A stretch of DNA of 49,385 bases from Deltaproteobacteria bacterium (GTDB taxonomy: Bacteria; Myxococcota_A; UBA9160; SMWR01). The DNA lies in contig SMWR01000072.1 of assembly GCA_004356735.1 (NCBI GenBank), positions 1 through 49,385 on the forward strand. Direction: 5' to 3'. Shown piece after piece: positions 8,686-18,257 of the stretch (its first letter is position 1; each line of letters opens with the position of its first letter). A program made the translations under genes and the position numbers. The notes beneath the pieces were generated by a model that was given only the letters and a program-made list of their open reading frames with translations, was not told the origin of the DNA and made no database searches.

Positions 8686-10614
8686 GTGGAGGATTCCCGT
8701 TCGGGGAAGTCGTCCCGATCCAGTGAAATCCTGATCAACGCGGCCGCGGGGGAAACCCGTGTCGCAATCTTGGAACAGGGCAACTTCACCGAACTGTACA
8801 TCGAACGCGACAGCGACCGCAGCGTGGCCGGAATGGTCGTACTGGGTCGGGTCACCCGGGTCCTGCCCGGCATGCAGGCGGCTTTCGTCGACATTGGCCT
8901 GGAGAAGGCGGCGTTCCTCTACGTCGGCGACTACCGGGACGAGGACGGCGACGACGACGGCGGCGGGGACGACGAGGCCAAGGCCCGTCGGGGGGGCCGA
9001 GGACGCGGTCGCGGGGGTCGCAACGGCCGCAATAGCGGCCGCCAGCCGCCCAAGATCGACACCCTCCTGAAGGAGGGCCAGGAGATCGTGGTCCAGGTCG
9101 CCAAGGATCCGATCGGCAGCAAGGGCGCCCGCATCACGTCCCATGTCTCGATTGCCGGCCGACATCTCGTCCTCACGCCCTGGGCACCCCGGGTCGGCGT
9201 CTCGCGCCGGATCGGCTCGGAACGCGAGCGGCGTCGGCTGCGCGACAGCGTCAATCGGATCCGCCCCAAGGATCTGGGCTTCATCATCCGGACAGCGGGC
9301 GAGGGAACGCGCGACGAAGACCTCGAAGCCGACATCCGCTACCTGACGGCCGTCTGGGACGACATCCAGATCCGCAAGGAACAGGTAACGGCTCCGGCGA
9401 CGCTCTACACGGAGCTGTCGCTGCCGATCCGCGTGATCCGCGACTTCGCCAACGCGAACACCAAGCGCATCGTGGTCGACGACGAAACGACCCACGAGGA
9501 AATGAAGAACTTCTGCACCCGTTTCCTGCCGGATCCCAAGCCGAAGCTCGAACACTACCGGAATACGCTCCCGATCTTCGACCACTTCAATGTCGAGGCC
9601 CAGATCGACGCCAACCTGGGCAAGAAAGTCTGGCTCAAGTCAGGCGGCTACCTGATCATCGACCAGAGCGAGGCGTTGACGGCCATCGACGTCAATACCG
9701 GCCGCTACGTCGGCAAGCAGAATCTCGAGGAGACGGTCCTCAAGACCAATCTCGAGGCCGTCAAGGAGGTGGTGGCCCAGCTCCGCTTCCGGAACATCGG
9801 CGGGCTGATCATCATCGACCTGATCGATATGGAGACGGCCGAAAACCGCGAGAAGGTCTACCGGGCGCTCCAGGATGCCCTGCGCTCCGACAAGTCGAAG
9901 ACCAACATCCTGAAGATCTCCGAGCTGGGACTGGTGGAGATGACCCGCAAGCGCACGCGGGAAAATCTCGTGCAACAGCTCTGCGAGCCCTGCAGCTACT
10001 GCGAGGGCCGTGGCTACGTCTTGTCGGCGGAGAGCGTGGCGTACAAGCTGCTACGCGAGATCCGCAAGGATCTGCCGCGCTTCTGTGGGCGACAGATCGC
10101 TGTGTCGGTAAGTCCCCAGGTGGGCGAAGTGCTGTTGGGCCGGGCGCGCAAGGCCATCGCCAGCCTCGGAGAAGAGCTGGGCCGGGCCATCGAAATCCAC
10201 ACCAAGACGGGACAGCACCAGGAGCAGTTCGAGGTAACGGCCCTGGACGAGGGACCGCCCTTGAAACTGGAGATTGCCTGGCTGGCGGACCGCTCCGCCT
10301 CGAAGGCCGAATCGATCGCGAAGGCCGAGGCCGAGGCTCCCGCTGGGGCGGCTGGAACAGCCGAAGACGAAGAGCCCGCCGCTGGAGACGGCGAGAACCT
10401 CGAGACCACCCCGTCCGAGACGGAAGCAGCCCTGGAGCCAGGGATCGAAACCAGCGAGCCGGAACCGGCGCAAGAGCCGGCGACGGTGGCGGACCCCCCC
10501 AGGGGGAGCGACTCCAAGGCCGAGATTGAAACCGCGGATCCTGCGCCCGCCGTCCTTGACTCGGATCCGGAAAATCCGATACTCCTGCGTTCCGAAAAGC
10601 CTGAGGAGTCTTGA
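8686..10614 (+). CDS. rng: ribonuclease E/G family protein with RGG insert in the S1 domain and an acidic C-terminal tail
   Basis: ILINAAAGETRVAILE...GRVTRVLPGMQAAFVDIG (S1 domain), then the catalytic core (AIDVNTG, GLIIIDLIDM, Zn-link CEPCSYCEGRG). GGAGG at 8673-8677 lies 8 nt before GTG 8686. Confidence 0.9.
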   Translation: MEDSRSGKSSRSSEILINAAAGETRVAILEQGNFTELYIERDSDRSVAGMVVLGRVTRVLPGMQAAFVDIGLEKAAFLYVGDYRDEDGDDDGGGDDEAKARRGGRGRGRGGRNGRNSGRQPPKIDTLLKEGQEIVVQVAKDPIGSKGARITSHVSIAGRHLVLTPWAPRVGVSRRIGSERERRRLRDSVNRIRPKDLGFIIRTAGEGTRDEDLEADIRYLTAVWDDIQIRKEQVTAPATLYTELSLPIRVIRDFANANTKRIVVDDETTHEEMKNFCTRFLPDPKPKLEHYRNTLPIFDHFNVEAQIDANLGKKVWLKSGGYLIIDQSEALTAIDVNTGRYVGKQNLEETVLKTNLEAVKEVVAQLRFRNIGGLIIIDLIDMETAENREKVYRALQDALRSDKSKTNILKISELGLVEMTRKRTRENLVQQLCEPCSYCEGRGYVLSAESVAYKLLREIRKDLPRFCGRQIAVSVSPQVGEVLLGRARKAIASLGEELGRAIEIHTKTGQHQEQFEVTALDEGPPLKLEIAWLADRSASKAESIAKAEAEAPAGAAGTAEDEEPAAGDGENLETTPSETEAALEPGIETSEPEPAQEPATVADPPRGSDSKAEIETADPAPAVLDSDPENPILLRSEKPEES

Positions 10615-10925
10615 TGTACGCCGTGATTCGGACAGGTGGAAAACAGGCCCGCGTGGCCCCCGGTGAGTCGATCCGGGTGGAGAAGCTCGAAGGCTCGGTG
10701 GGCGACAACGTGGAACTGGCAGAGGTCCTCCTGATCGGGGGCGAGGGCGAGGCGCGCATCGGCACTCCCCTGGTCGCTGGCGCCAAGGTGATCGGAACGA
10801 TTACGGCTCAGGGTCGGCACCCCAAAATCACGATCTTCAAGATGAAGCGGCGCAAGGGCTACCGCCGCAAGAACGGACACCGCCAAGCGTACACGGAAGT
10901 GCGCGTGGATCGCATCGAGGGCTGA
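10614..10925 (+). CDS. rplU: 50S ribosomal protein L21
   Basis: MYAVIRTGGKQARV...KRRKGYRRKNGHRQ. SD GAGGAG at 10603-10608. The ATG shares one base with the rng stop (TGATG). Confidence 0.95.
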   Translation: MYAVIRTGGKQARVAPGESIRVEKLEGSVGDNVELAEVLLIGGEGEARIGTPLVAGAKVIGTITAQGRHPKITIFKMKRRKGYRRKNGHRQAYTEVRVDRIEG

Positions 10926-10928
10926 ACG

Positions 10929-11183
10929 ATGTCACACAAGAAGGGGCAGGGCAGTTCGCGCAACGGGCGCGACAGCAACGGGCAGCGTCGTGGCGTGAAG
11001 GTCTTCGCTGGCCAGACCGTTTCGGCCGGCACCATCCTGGTGCGCCAGGTCGGCACCAAGATCCATCCGGGCAAGCACGTCGGACTCGGCAAGGACTTCA
11101 CGCTCTTCGCCCTGAAGGACGGCACCGTCCACTACGGCAAGACACGCGGACGCACCCTCGCCCGCGTCGAGATCCCGTCCTAG
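10929..11183 (+). CDS. rpmA: 50S ribosomal protein L27
   Basis: [44 protein letters not shown]. Confidence 0.95.
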   Translation: MSHKKGQGSSRNGRDSNGQRRGVKVFAGQTVSAGTILVRQVGTKIHPGKHVGLGKDFTLFALKDGTVHYGKTRGRTLARVEIPS

Positions 11184-11248
11184 CCTCACCGCCGGGAGCC
11201 CACCGTCGGGGACGTTGCCGCCCCGAGCGTTGTCGGGGTTCTGCCGGG

Positions 11249-11328
11249 GGCGTTGTCTTGGGGTTTGGTGTTTCTCCACGCGGAGACGTTGCGCAGATGC
11301 CCACAAACACCAAACCCCAAACAACGCC
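11249..11328 (+). repeat. long near-perfect hairpin (8 bp + 1 bulge + 16 bp stem, 31-nt loop) between rpmA and obg; member of a GT-rich inverted-repeat family
   Basis: Left arm GGCGTTGT-C-TTGGGGTTTGGTGTTT (11249-11273) pairs with AAACACCAAACCCCAAACAACGCC (11305-11328). Related half-copies GGGGACGTTG (11208-11217) and CGTTGTCGGGGTT (11228-11240) lie just upstream. Confidence 0.85.
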
Positions 11329-11355
11329 TTCTCTATCTTTCACTGCGTCCCCACC

Positions 11356-12414
11356 ATGAAACCCACCCACGCATTCATCGATGAGGTGACGATCTCCGCG
11401 ACCGCAGGCTGTGGCGGCGACGGGTGGGTTTCGCTCCATCGCGAGAAATTCGTTCCCCGTGGTGGTCCCGACGGTGGAGACGGTGGCCGCGGTGGCAACG
11501 TCATCCTGATCGCAGATCGGAATCTGGCAACACTCCTCGACCACAGAGTGAAGCGCGTCTACCAGGCCGAGCACGGCGTTGCCGGCGCCAGGCGGAACAT
11601 GACGGGCCGCGACGGTGCGGACATCGAGATCCGCGTCCCGATCGGGACCGCGATCATCGACCTCGAGAGCGACGAAGAACGCCTGATCGCGGATCTCACC
11701 GAGGACGGAAAGCGCTTCGTCGTGGCACGCGGAGGACGCGGCGGACGCGGCAATGCCCGCTTCGCGACCTCGACGCGACAGACACCCGAGTTCGCCGAGC
11801 CCGGGCGAAAGGGCGGGTCGCGCAAGCTCAAGCTGTCGCTGAAGCTGCTTGCCGACGTCGGCCTGGTCGGATTCCCGAACGCGGGAAAGTCGACGCTATT
11901 GCGCCGCATCTCGGCCGCCAAGCCGCGCGTCGCCGCCTATCCCTTCACGACGTTGATTCCCGCACTGGGCGTGGTCGAGTTCGACGAACGACGTCTGGTG
12001 GTGGCCGACCTCCCCGGACTCGTCGAAGGAGCCAGCAACGGCGCCGGCCTCGGAGATCGCTTCCTGCGTCACATCGAACGCACCCGGGTGTTGATCCATC
12101 TGCTCGACGGCAGCGCGGCAATCACCGAGGAGCGCGATCTGCTTGAAGGGTACGATACGATTCGTGCCGAGCTGGCCGCATACTCTCCTGCGTTGCTGGA
12201 ACGACCCGAGCTCGTCGCCATCAACAAAATAGATCTCTTCGCCGACCAGGATCTGATCGAGCCGGTGGTTCGTGCTCTGCGCGACCGGGGGTGCGAAGTC
12301 TTCCGGATTTCGGGCGCCACTGGCGAAGGACTCAAGGCCCTGTTGCGCGCGGCCGGGCGCGCACTCGATGCGACCGATGCCGACCAGACGACGGCGGCGG
12401 GGGCATCGACATGA
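11356..12414 (+). CDS. obg: GTPase Obg/CgtA
   Basis: MKPTHAFIDEVTISATAGCGGDGWVSLHREKFVPRGGPDGGDGGRGGNV (Obg fold) and G motifs GFPNAGKST, DLPGL, NKID. The upstream part of the track ORF (11215-11355) is noncoding repeat sequence. Confidence 0.93.
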   Translation: MKPTHAFIDEVTISATAGCGGDGWVSLHREKFVPRGGPDGGDGGRGGNVILIADRNLATLLDHRVKRVYQAEHGVAGARRNMTGRDGADIEIRVPIGTAIIDLESDEERLIADLTEDGKRFVVARGGRGGRGNARFATSTRQTPEFAEPGRKGGSRKLKLSLKLLADVGLVGFPNAGKSTLLRRISAAKPRVAAYPFTTLIPALGVVEFDERRLVVADLPGLVEGASNGAGLGDRFLRHIERTRVLIHLLDGSAAITEERDLLEGYDTIRAELAAYSPALLERPELVAINKIDLFADQDLIEPVVRALRDRGCEVFRISGATGEGLKALLRAAGRALDATDADQTTAAGAST

Positions 12415-13556
12415 GTTCCGAAAGCGCACGTCGCATAGCCGCCAAGGCGCGTCGCATCGTGGTCAAGATCGGGAGCGCCGTCCTCACCGACAACGGCAAC
12501 GTGCGCCCCCGTGTCTTTTCCGACATCGCCCGCCAGGTCTGTGCGTTGCGCGAGGAGGGACGCGAGATCGTCGTGGTATCTTCGGGCGCGATCGCCGTGG
12601 GGAGCGCCGAACTCGGCTGGGATCAACCCGGCAGGTCGATTCCCGAAAAACAGGCCGCCGCCGCCGTTGGCCAGATCAGCCTCGTCGACGCCTATCGCCG
12701 TCGCTTCGCAAGATTCGACCAACAGGTGGCCCAGGTGCTGTTGACCCGCGTCGGCCTCGAGGACCGCGAACAATTCCTCAATGCGCGCCACACACTCCAC
12801 AAGCTGCTCGAGCTCGGAGTCGTTCCGATCGTGAACGAGAACGATACGGTGGCCACCGACGAAATCCGCTTCGGCGACAACGACAACCTCTCGGCCACAG
12901 TGGTGAACCTCGTCGCGGCCGATCTGCTGGTGATCCTGACCGATGTGGACGGGCTCTACACCGAACCGCCCCGGAAGGGCCAACCCACGCCCGAGCTGAT
13001 CGAGTTGGTCGAGAAGATCACGCCGGAGATCGAGCGCGCGGCGCAAGGCTCGAGCAATGCCTTCGGACGCGGAGGGATGGCCACTAAGCTCGAAGCGGCC
13101 AAGGCGGCTATCCGGTGCGGTGCTCTGACGGTGTTCTGCAACGGCCGCAAGCGCGACGCCCTGCTACGGGTCGCGCGCGGTGATGCGTTCGGGACCCTCT
13201 TCCTGACGGGCAGCCGCCTGGCAAGTCGCAAGCATTGGCTGGCATTCACGACCCGCACTCGGGGCGAGCTCGTGATCGACGACGGCGCGGCGCGCGCGCT
13301 GCGCAACCGCGGCAAGAGCCTGCTCGCCGCGGGCATCACCGACGTGCGAGGACGCTTTGCCATCGGCGATCCCGTTTCGTGCGTGGACGGCCGGGGCCAG
13401 GAACTGGCCCGCGGGCTCGTCGCCTACGACGCCGGGGAGGTGCGACGCATCGTGGGGATTCCAGCCCGTGAGATCCTCCAGGTGCTAGGATATTCCAACG
13501 GCGACGAGGTGATTCACCGCGACGACCTCGTCCTGGTGCAGGAATCCTCCGAATGA
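12411..13556 (+). CDS. proB: glutamate 5-kinase (with C-terminal PUA domain)
   Basis: RIVVKIGSAVLT..., IVNENDTVATDEIRFGDNDNLSA, PUA-like ELVIDDGAARALRNRGKSLLAAGI. ATGA overlap with the obg stop. Confidence 0.93.
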   Translation: MSSESARRIAAKARRIVVKIGSAVLTDNGNVRPRVFSDIARQVCALREEGREIVVVSSGAIAVGSAELGWDQPGRSIPEKQAAAAVGQISLVDAYRRRFARFDQQVAQVLLTRVGLEDREQFLNARHTLHKLLELGVVPIVNENDTVATDEIRFGDNDNLSATVVNLVAADLLVILTDVDGLYTEPPRKGQPTPELIELVEKITPEIERAAQGSSNAFGRGGMATKLEAAKAAIRCGALTVFCNGRKRDALLRVARGDAFGTLFLTGSRLASRKHWLAFTTRTRGELVIDDGAARALRNRGKSLLAAGITDVRGRFAIGDPVSCVDGRGQELARGLVAYDAGEVRRIVGIPAREILQVLGYSNGDEVIHRDDLVLVQESSE

Positions 13557-14809
13557 GCCTCCAAGAACAGATCCACAGCATCGCCACCCGTGCTCGCACG
13601 GCTTCCGATCGCCTCGCCGAGCTCGGTGCGCGCGAGAAGGACGCCTGGCTGCTGCGCTGCGCCGACCGGCTCGAAGCCGAGCGCGAAGAAATCCTGCGCG
13701 AGAACGAGCGCGATCTGGAAGAGGCCCGCGTCAAGGGTGTCGCCGAACCACTGTTGAACCGGCTCGCGCTGTCCGAAGGCAAGTGGAACGACATGATCGC
13801 GGGATTGCGCGACGTGGCGAAGCTGCCCGATCCCGTGGGCGGCATCGAAGACAGCCGCTTGCGGCCCAACGGTCTGCGCGTCGGTCGGATGCGGATTCCG
13901 CTGGGCGTGATCGGGATGATCTACGAGTCGCGCCCGAATGTGACCGTCGATGCCGCCGCCCTGTGCATCAAGGCCGGCAACAGCGTGATTCTGCGCGGAG
14001 GCTCGGAGGCCATCCATTCGAACCTTGCGCTGGCCAGGGAGCTACGAGCGGCGGCCATCGAGACGGGTATCCCCGAAGACGCCATCTCGGTGGTTCCGGT
14101 GACGGACCGCAAGGCCATCGTGCACATGTTGAAGGAGTCGAGGAACATCGACCTGATCATCCCCCGGGGCGGCTCGGGACTGATCCGCATGGTGACCGAG
14201 AACTCGCAAATTCCCGTCATCTCCCACGACGCTGGCGTCTGCCACATCTTCATCGACGCGTCCGCAGACGCCGACATGGCACGCAGCATCGTGATCGATT
14301 CGAAGCTGCGACAGATGGCGGTCTGCAACGGTCTCGAGACCCTGCTCGTCCACCGGGACACCGCAGGCACGGTGATGCCCTCCGTGCTGAAGGCGCTTTA
14401 CGAAGAAGGAGTCGAGATACGCGGCGACGAGACCGTCTGCCAGATCTTTGGCGACGCCAAACCCGCGACCGACGAGGACTGGGCCAAGGAGTATCTGGCC
14501 CCCCTGCTGGCGGTGCGCGTGGTCGACGACATGGACGCCGCCATCGCCCACATCCGGCGCTGGGGAACGAACCACACCGAAGTGATCGTCACGGAGAGTG
14601 AGCGCAACGCCCAGGCCTTCCTGCGCCGCGTCAACTCGTCGACGGTGGGCGTGAATTGCTCCACGGCGTTCTCCGACGGCTACCGTCTGGGGCTGGGCGC
14701 CGAGATCGGCGTCTCGACCTCCAAGCTCCACGCCTATGGGCCCATGGGTCTCGAAGAGCTCACCACCCGCAAGTTCGTGCTCCAGGGCGACGGCCAGCTG
14801 CGCGAATGA
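13553..14809 (+). CDS. proA: glutamate-5-semialdehyde dehydrogenase (gamma-glutamyl phosphate reductase)
   Basis: GVIGMIYESRPNVTVDAAALCIKAGNSVILRGGSEA, CNGLETLLVHR, HTEVIVT. ATGA overlap with proB. Confidence 0.93.
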   Translation: MSLQEQIHSIATRARTASDRLAELGAREKDAWLLRCADRLEAEREEILRENERDLEEARVKGVAEPLLNRLALSEGKWNDMIAGLRDVAKLPDPVGGIEDSRLRPNGLRVGRMRIPLGVIGMIYESRPNVTVDAAALCIKAGNSVILRGGSEAIHSNLALARELRAAAIETGIPEDAISVVPVTDRKAIVHMLKESRNIDLIIPRGGSGLIRMVTENSQIPVISHDAGVCHIFIDASADADMARSIVIDSKLRQMAVCNGLETLLVHRDTAGTVMPSVLKALYEEGVEIRGDETVCQIFGDAKPATDEDWAKEYLAPLLAVRVVDDMDAAIAHIRRWGTNHTEVIVTESERNAQAFLRRVNSSTVGVNCSTAFSDGYRLGLGAEIGVSTSKLHAYGPMGLEELTTRKFVLQGDGQLRE

Positions 14810-15525
14810 CCGCTCGCGCACAGGCGCCCGGGACCCTCGCTGGAATCGACAGCGCCGAAGTGGGCGCCTCAACAACCGGCATCTTCGGCGGAACCTTCAA
14901 CCCCATCCACGTAGGACACCTGCGCTCGGCCGAGGAGGTGCTCGAAGTCCTGGGTCTCGAGCGCATGGTTTTCGTTCCCAGCAGCCAGCCGCCCCACAAG
15001 ACCGATCATCCCGACGACCGGGTCGCGCCGGCCGAGCTGCGCTTGGCCTGGACACGGGCCGCCACCGCCGGCAACCCGCGCTTCGAGGTCGACGCCCTGG
15101 AGATCGAGCGGGGCGGGCCCTCCTACTCGGTCGACACCCTGCGCCAGCTGAGCGCGCAGCTCGCACCGCAGCGGCCCGTCTTCGTGATCGGCCACGATGC
15201 CTTCATCGAGCTGGGGACATGGCGTGATCCCAAGACGATCCTGGCTCTGTCGAACCTCGCGGTCACCACCCGGCCCCCGCTGGCCCGCGGTTCGCTGGCG
15301 GACTGGCTTCCGCAGTGTGCAAAGAACGAAGTCGAGGTGGCGCCGGACGGCCTGTCAGCGCATCACCGGAGCTCGGAAACATGGATTCGCCTCGTCGAGA
15401 TCTCGGCCCTGGACGTCTCGGCTTCGGAGATCCGGCAACGCATCCGGGCCGGCCGATCGGTGCGCTACCTGCTGCCGGAGAGGGTGCACGACCAGGTGCT
15501 GGCCAGTGGCATCTACGATGAGTGA
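14806..15525 (+). CDS. nadD: nicotinate-nucleotide adenylyltransferase
   Basis: GIFGGTFNPIHVGHL motif, then ISASEIRQRIRAGRSVRYLLP. ATGA overlap with the proA stop. Confidence 0.9.
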   Translation: MTARAQAPGTLAGIDSAEVGASTTGIFGGTFNPIHVGHLRSAEEVLEVLGLERMVFVPSSQPPHKTDHPDDRVAPAELRLAWTRAATAGNPRFEVDALEIERGGPSYSVDTLRQLSAQLAPQRPVFVIGHDAFIELGTWRDPKTILALSNLAVTTRPPLARGSLADWLPQCAKNEVEVAPDGLSAHHRSSETWIRLVEISALDVSASEIRQRIRAGRSVRYLLPERVHDQVLASGIYDE

Positions 15526-15526
15526 C

Positions 15527-15901
15527 ATGACTTCCCAGGAAAAGGTTCGCATCGCCGCCCACGCGGCGCTCGCCAAATTCGCCGAGGACCCGGTCATCCT
15601 CGACGTCCGTGAAGTGGTCTCGTTCGCCGACTACCTGCTGATCGTTACCGGACAATCCAATCGCCAGGTAAAGGCCATCACCGACGGCATCGACGAGGCG
15701 GTGACCCGGCATGGCGAGAGACCGATCGGCACCGAGGGCTACCACGAGGGCCGCTGGATCCTGATGGACCTGAACGACGTGATCGTCCACGTCTTCCAGA
15801 AGGAGGTCCGACAGCGATACGATCTCGAGCGGCTGTGGAGCGACGCCGACGCAGTGGATCTCGGGCTCGACGAGTCTGGCGATCGTGAGGCGATCTCGTG
15901 A
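15527..15901 (+). CDS. rsfS: ribosome silencing factor RsfS (iojap)
   Basis: DPVILDVREVVSFADYLLIVTGQSNRQVKAI..WILMDLNDVIVHVFQKEVRQRYDLERLW. Alternative ATG at 15518. Confidence 0.9.
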   Translation: MTSQEKVRIAAHAALAKFAEDPVILDVREVVSFADYLLIVTGQSNRQVKAITDGIDEAVTRHGERPIGTEGYHEGRWILMDLNDVIVHVFQKEVRQRYDLERLWSDADAVDLGLDESGDREAIS

Positions 15902-17436
15902 GCGGCCCGCTGCTTCTGGTCGTGCTCGACGGCTTCGGCATCGGCGATGGCGGTGCGGCGGATTCCACCGCAGTCGCCCAGACGCCCTTTTTCGATCGCG
16001 CTCGACGCGACTATCCGATGGCCCAGCTGGAAACTTCGGGTGAAGCGGTCGGTCTGCCTCCGGGCCAGATGGGCAACTCCGAGGTCGGTCACATGACCAT
16101 CGGCGCGGGCCGTGTCATCGAACAAGACATGACCCGCGTCGCGCGCGCCCTCGAGAGCGGAGCGCTCGACACGAACTCCGCCGTGCAGCAGGCCCTGGCG
16201 GCCATCGAGAAGAGCGGCGGAACCCTCCACCTGATGGGCCTCGTCTCGGACGGCGGCGTGCACAGCGACCTGGCGCAGTTGCTGAAGATCCTCGAGTTCT
16301 GTGGCGAGCGCGGAGTGCATCCAGCCGTGCACGCCTTCCTCGACGGTCGCGATACGCCGCCCGACTCGGGCCGGAGCTACGTCCGCACGCTGGCGAGCGC
16401 GCTGGAAGCCGTGGGCGGACACGTCGCCACCGTGATCGGCCGCTACTACGCCATGGACCGGGACACGCGCTGGGAACGGATTGCCCGGGCCTATGAGGCC
16501 ATCGTGGCAGGCAGCGGCCAACACGCCCCTGACGCCGTCAGCGCCGTCGAACGGGCGTACGCCCGAAGGGAGAGCGACGAGTTCGTGAAGCCGACCGTGA
16601 TCGACGGGGGCGCTCCGCTGCGCGACGGCGATGCCGTGATCTTCTTCAACTTCCGTGCGGACCGCGCCCGGGAGCTCACCAACGCCATCACGAACGTCAA
16701 GCCCGAAGCGTTCAAAGGGCAGCTCGAGCGCTCGATACGGGTCGAGCCCGCCTGCTTCGTGTGCCTGACCGAGTATGACGCCGACTTCGGGCTGCCCGTC
16801 GCCTTCCCGCGCGAAATCTCCCGCAACAGCCTGGGCGAAATCCTCGCATCTCGCGATCTTTTGCAGCTGCGAATCGCCGAGACCGAGAAGTACGCCCACG
16901 TGACCTTCTTCTTCAACGGTGGCCTCGAGACCCCCTTCCGTGGCGAAGACCGCGTGTTGATTCCGTCGCCTCGGGACGTCGCCACCTATGATCACAAACC
17001 CGAAATGAGCGCCGTCGCCGTGACCGACACGCTGCTCGAGCGCATCGCCAACCGGGACTACGCCTTCATTCTGCTTAATTTCGCCAACCCGGACATGGTT
17101 GGCCACACGGGTGTGCTCGATGCAGCCGTGAAGGCCGTCGAGACGGTCGACCGTGGACTCGAGAAGATCTGCGAAGCCGTCCTCGATCGCGGCGGCGACG
17201 TGTTGGTCACGGCCGACCATGGCAACTGCGAGCTGATGGTCCAGCCTGGGACCGGCAAGCCCCACACGGCCCATACCACCAACCCCGTTCCCGTCTGGTG
17301 GATCACGGCCGATGCTCAGGGACACCGTCTCCGCAATGGAGGATTGTCTGACCTGGCCCCGACCGTGCTGGGGCTGATGGGCATCCCGATCCCCGAAGAG
17401 ATGACGGGCCGGTCGCTCATCCTGCCAAACGACTGA
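15898..17436 (+). CDS. gpmI: 2,3-bisphosphoglycerate-independent phosphoglycerate mutase
   Basis: LLLVVLDGFGIG, MGNSEVGHMTIGAGR, ADHGNCE. GTGA overlap with the rsfS stop. Confidence 0.93.
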   Translation: MSGPLLLVVLDGFGIGDGGAADSTAVAQTPFFDRARRDYPMAQLETSGEAVGLPPGQMGNSEVGHMTIGAGRVIEQDMTRVARALESGALDTNSAVQQALAAIEKSGGTLHLMGLVSDGGVHSDLAQLLKILEFCGERGVHPAVHAFLDGRDTPPDSGRSYVRTLASALEAVGGHVATVIGRYYAMDRDTRWERIARAYEAIVAGSGQHAPDAVSAVERAYARRESDEFVKPTVIDGGAPLRDGDAVIFFNFRADRARELTNAITNVKPEAFKGQLERSIRVEPACFVCLTEYDADFGLPVAFPREISRNSLGEILASRDLLQLRIAETEKYAHVTFFFNGGLETPFRGEDRVLIPSPRDVATYDHKPEMSAVAVTDTLLERIANRDYAFILLNFANPDMVGHTGVLDAAVKAVETVDRGLEKICEAVLDRGGDVLVTADHGNCELMVQPGTGKPHTAHTTNPVPVWWITADAQGHRLRNGGLSDLAPTVLGLMGIPIPEEMTGRSLILPND

Positions 17437-17471
17437 CCCGCTCGACAACACCGGTCCCGAACGGATGCTGC

Positions 17472-18257
17472 ATGAAGCAGTGGCTGCTCGAGCTGCGCGA
17501 GCTGATCCTGCCGACGGTCTGCGCGGGCTGTGGGAGGTCGGTCGAGCCCGCGACGGTCCTCTGTCCGCCTTGCGACGCGGCCCTGCCGCGGTTCGAGATT
17601 CCCGGGCCCACCCCGCCCGGACTCGACGCCTGCGTTGCGGCCGCCGAATATTCCGCGGCCACCGAGCTCTGGATTCGCCGCTTCAAGTATCCGAAGCCCG
17701 GCCTCGCCGGAATCGACACGGCTGCGGGAAGTGTCGTCCGCATGCTCGCGTGCGAGGCGGCAGCGCGTGCCCCGGGCGAACCGCCCGCTCTGGTGCTGCC
17801 GGTCCCGCTGCATCCCAGACGCCTTGCGGCCCGCGGTTTCAACCCGGCCGGCCTGCTGGCCCGGAGCGTGGCCAGAGCCGTGAGGATCCCGATGGATGCG
17901 CGCGCGCTGCGACGGATTCACGACACGCCGACCCAGACCGGGCTCGGTGCAGCGGATCGGCGCCGCAACGTTCGCGGTGCGTTTCGGGCGATGCGGTCGC
18001 TACCGCATGCGATCTGGCTCGTGGACGACGTGACCACCACCGGGAGCACGTTGTCCGAGATCGCTCGCGTCTGCCGCGCGGCCGGGGCGCGGCAGATCGT
18101 CGCTCTCTGCGCAGCAGCGACACCAGGCCCGAGGCAGGCGCCCGGGACGACGGCTGGCGTACAACAGGCGACATCCCCGTTGCCTGCTACGAACGGTTCC
18201 GAGAGGTCGTTTCGATCAGGACTTCACAGAGACGCTTCGGATCGACCGGCTTCTTGA
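17472..18257 (+). CDS. comF: ComF family protein (phosphoribosyltransferase domain)
   Basis: N-terminal CxxC..CxxC zinc motif (CAGCGRS..CPPCD), RGFNPA, PRTase motif WLVDDVTTTGSTL. The C-terminal ~45 aa overlaps the convergent gene by 71 nt, so the exact end is uncertain. Confidence 0.8.
   Translation: MKQWLLELRELILPTVCAGCGRSVEPATVLCPPCDAALPRFEIPGPTPPGLDACVAAAEYSAATELWIRRFKYPKPGLAGIDTAAGSVVRMLACEAAARAPGEPPALVLPVPLHPRRLAARGFNPAGLLARSVARAVRIPMDARALRRIHDTPTQTGLGAADRRRNVRGAFRAMRSLPHAIWLVDDVTTTGSTLSEIARVCRAAGARQIVALCAAATPGPRQAPGTTAGVQQATSPLPATNGSERSFRSGLHRDASDRPAS

Noticed and set aside
18187-18257. 71-nt convergent overlap of the comF and PAS-HisKA-REC 3' ends as a regulatory antisense arrangement.
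   Set aside because: It is more simply explained by a non-conserved C-terminal read-through of comF. The PRTase domain ends near 18120, and GC-rich DNA delays stop codons. I have no independent evidence for function.
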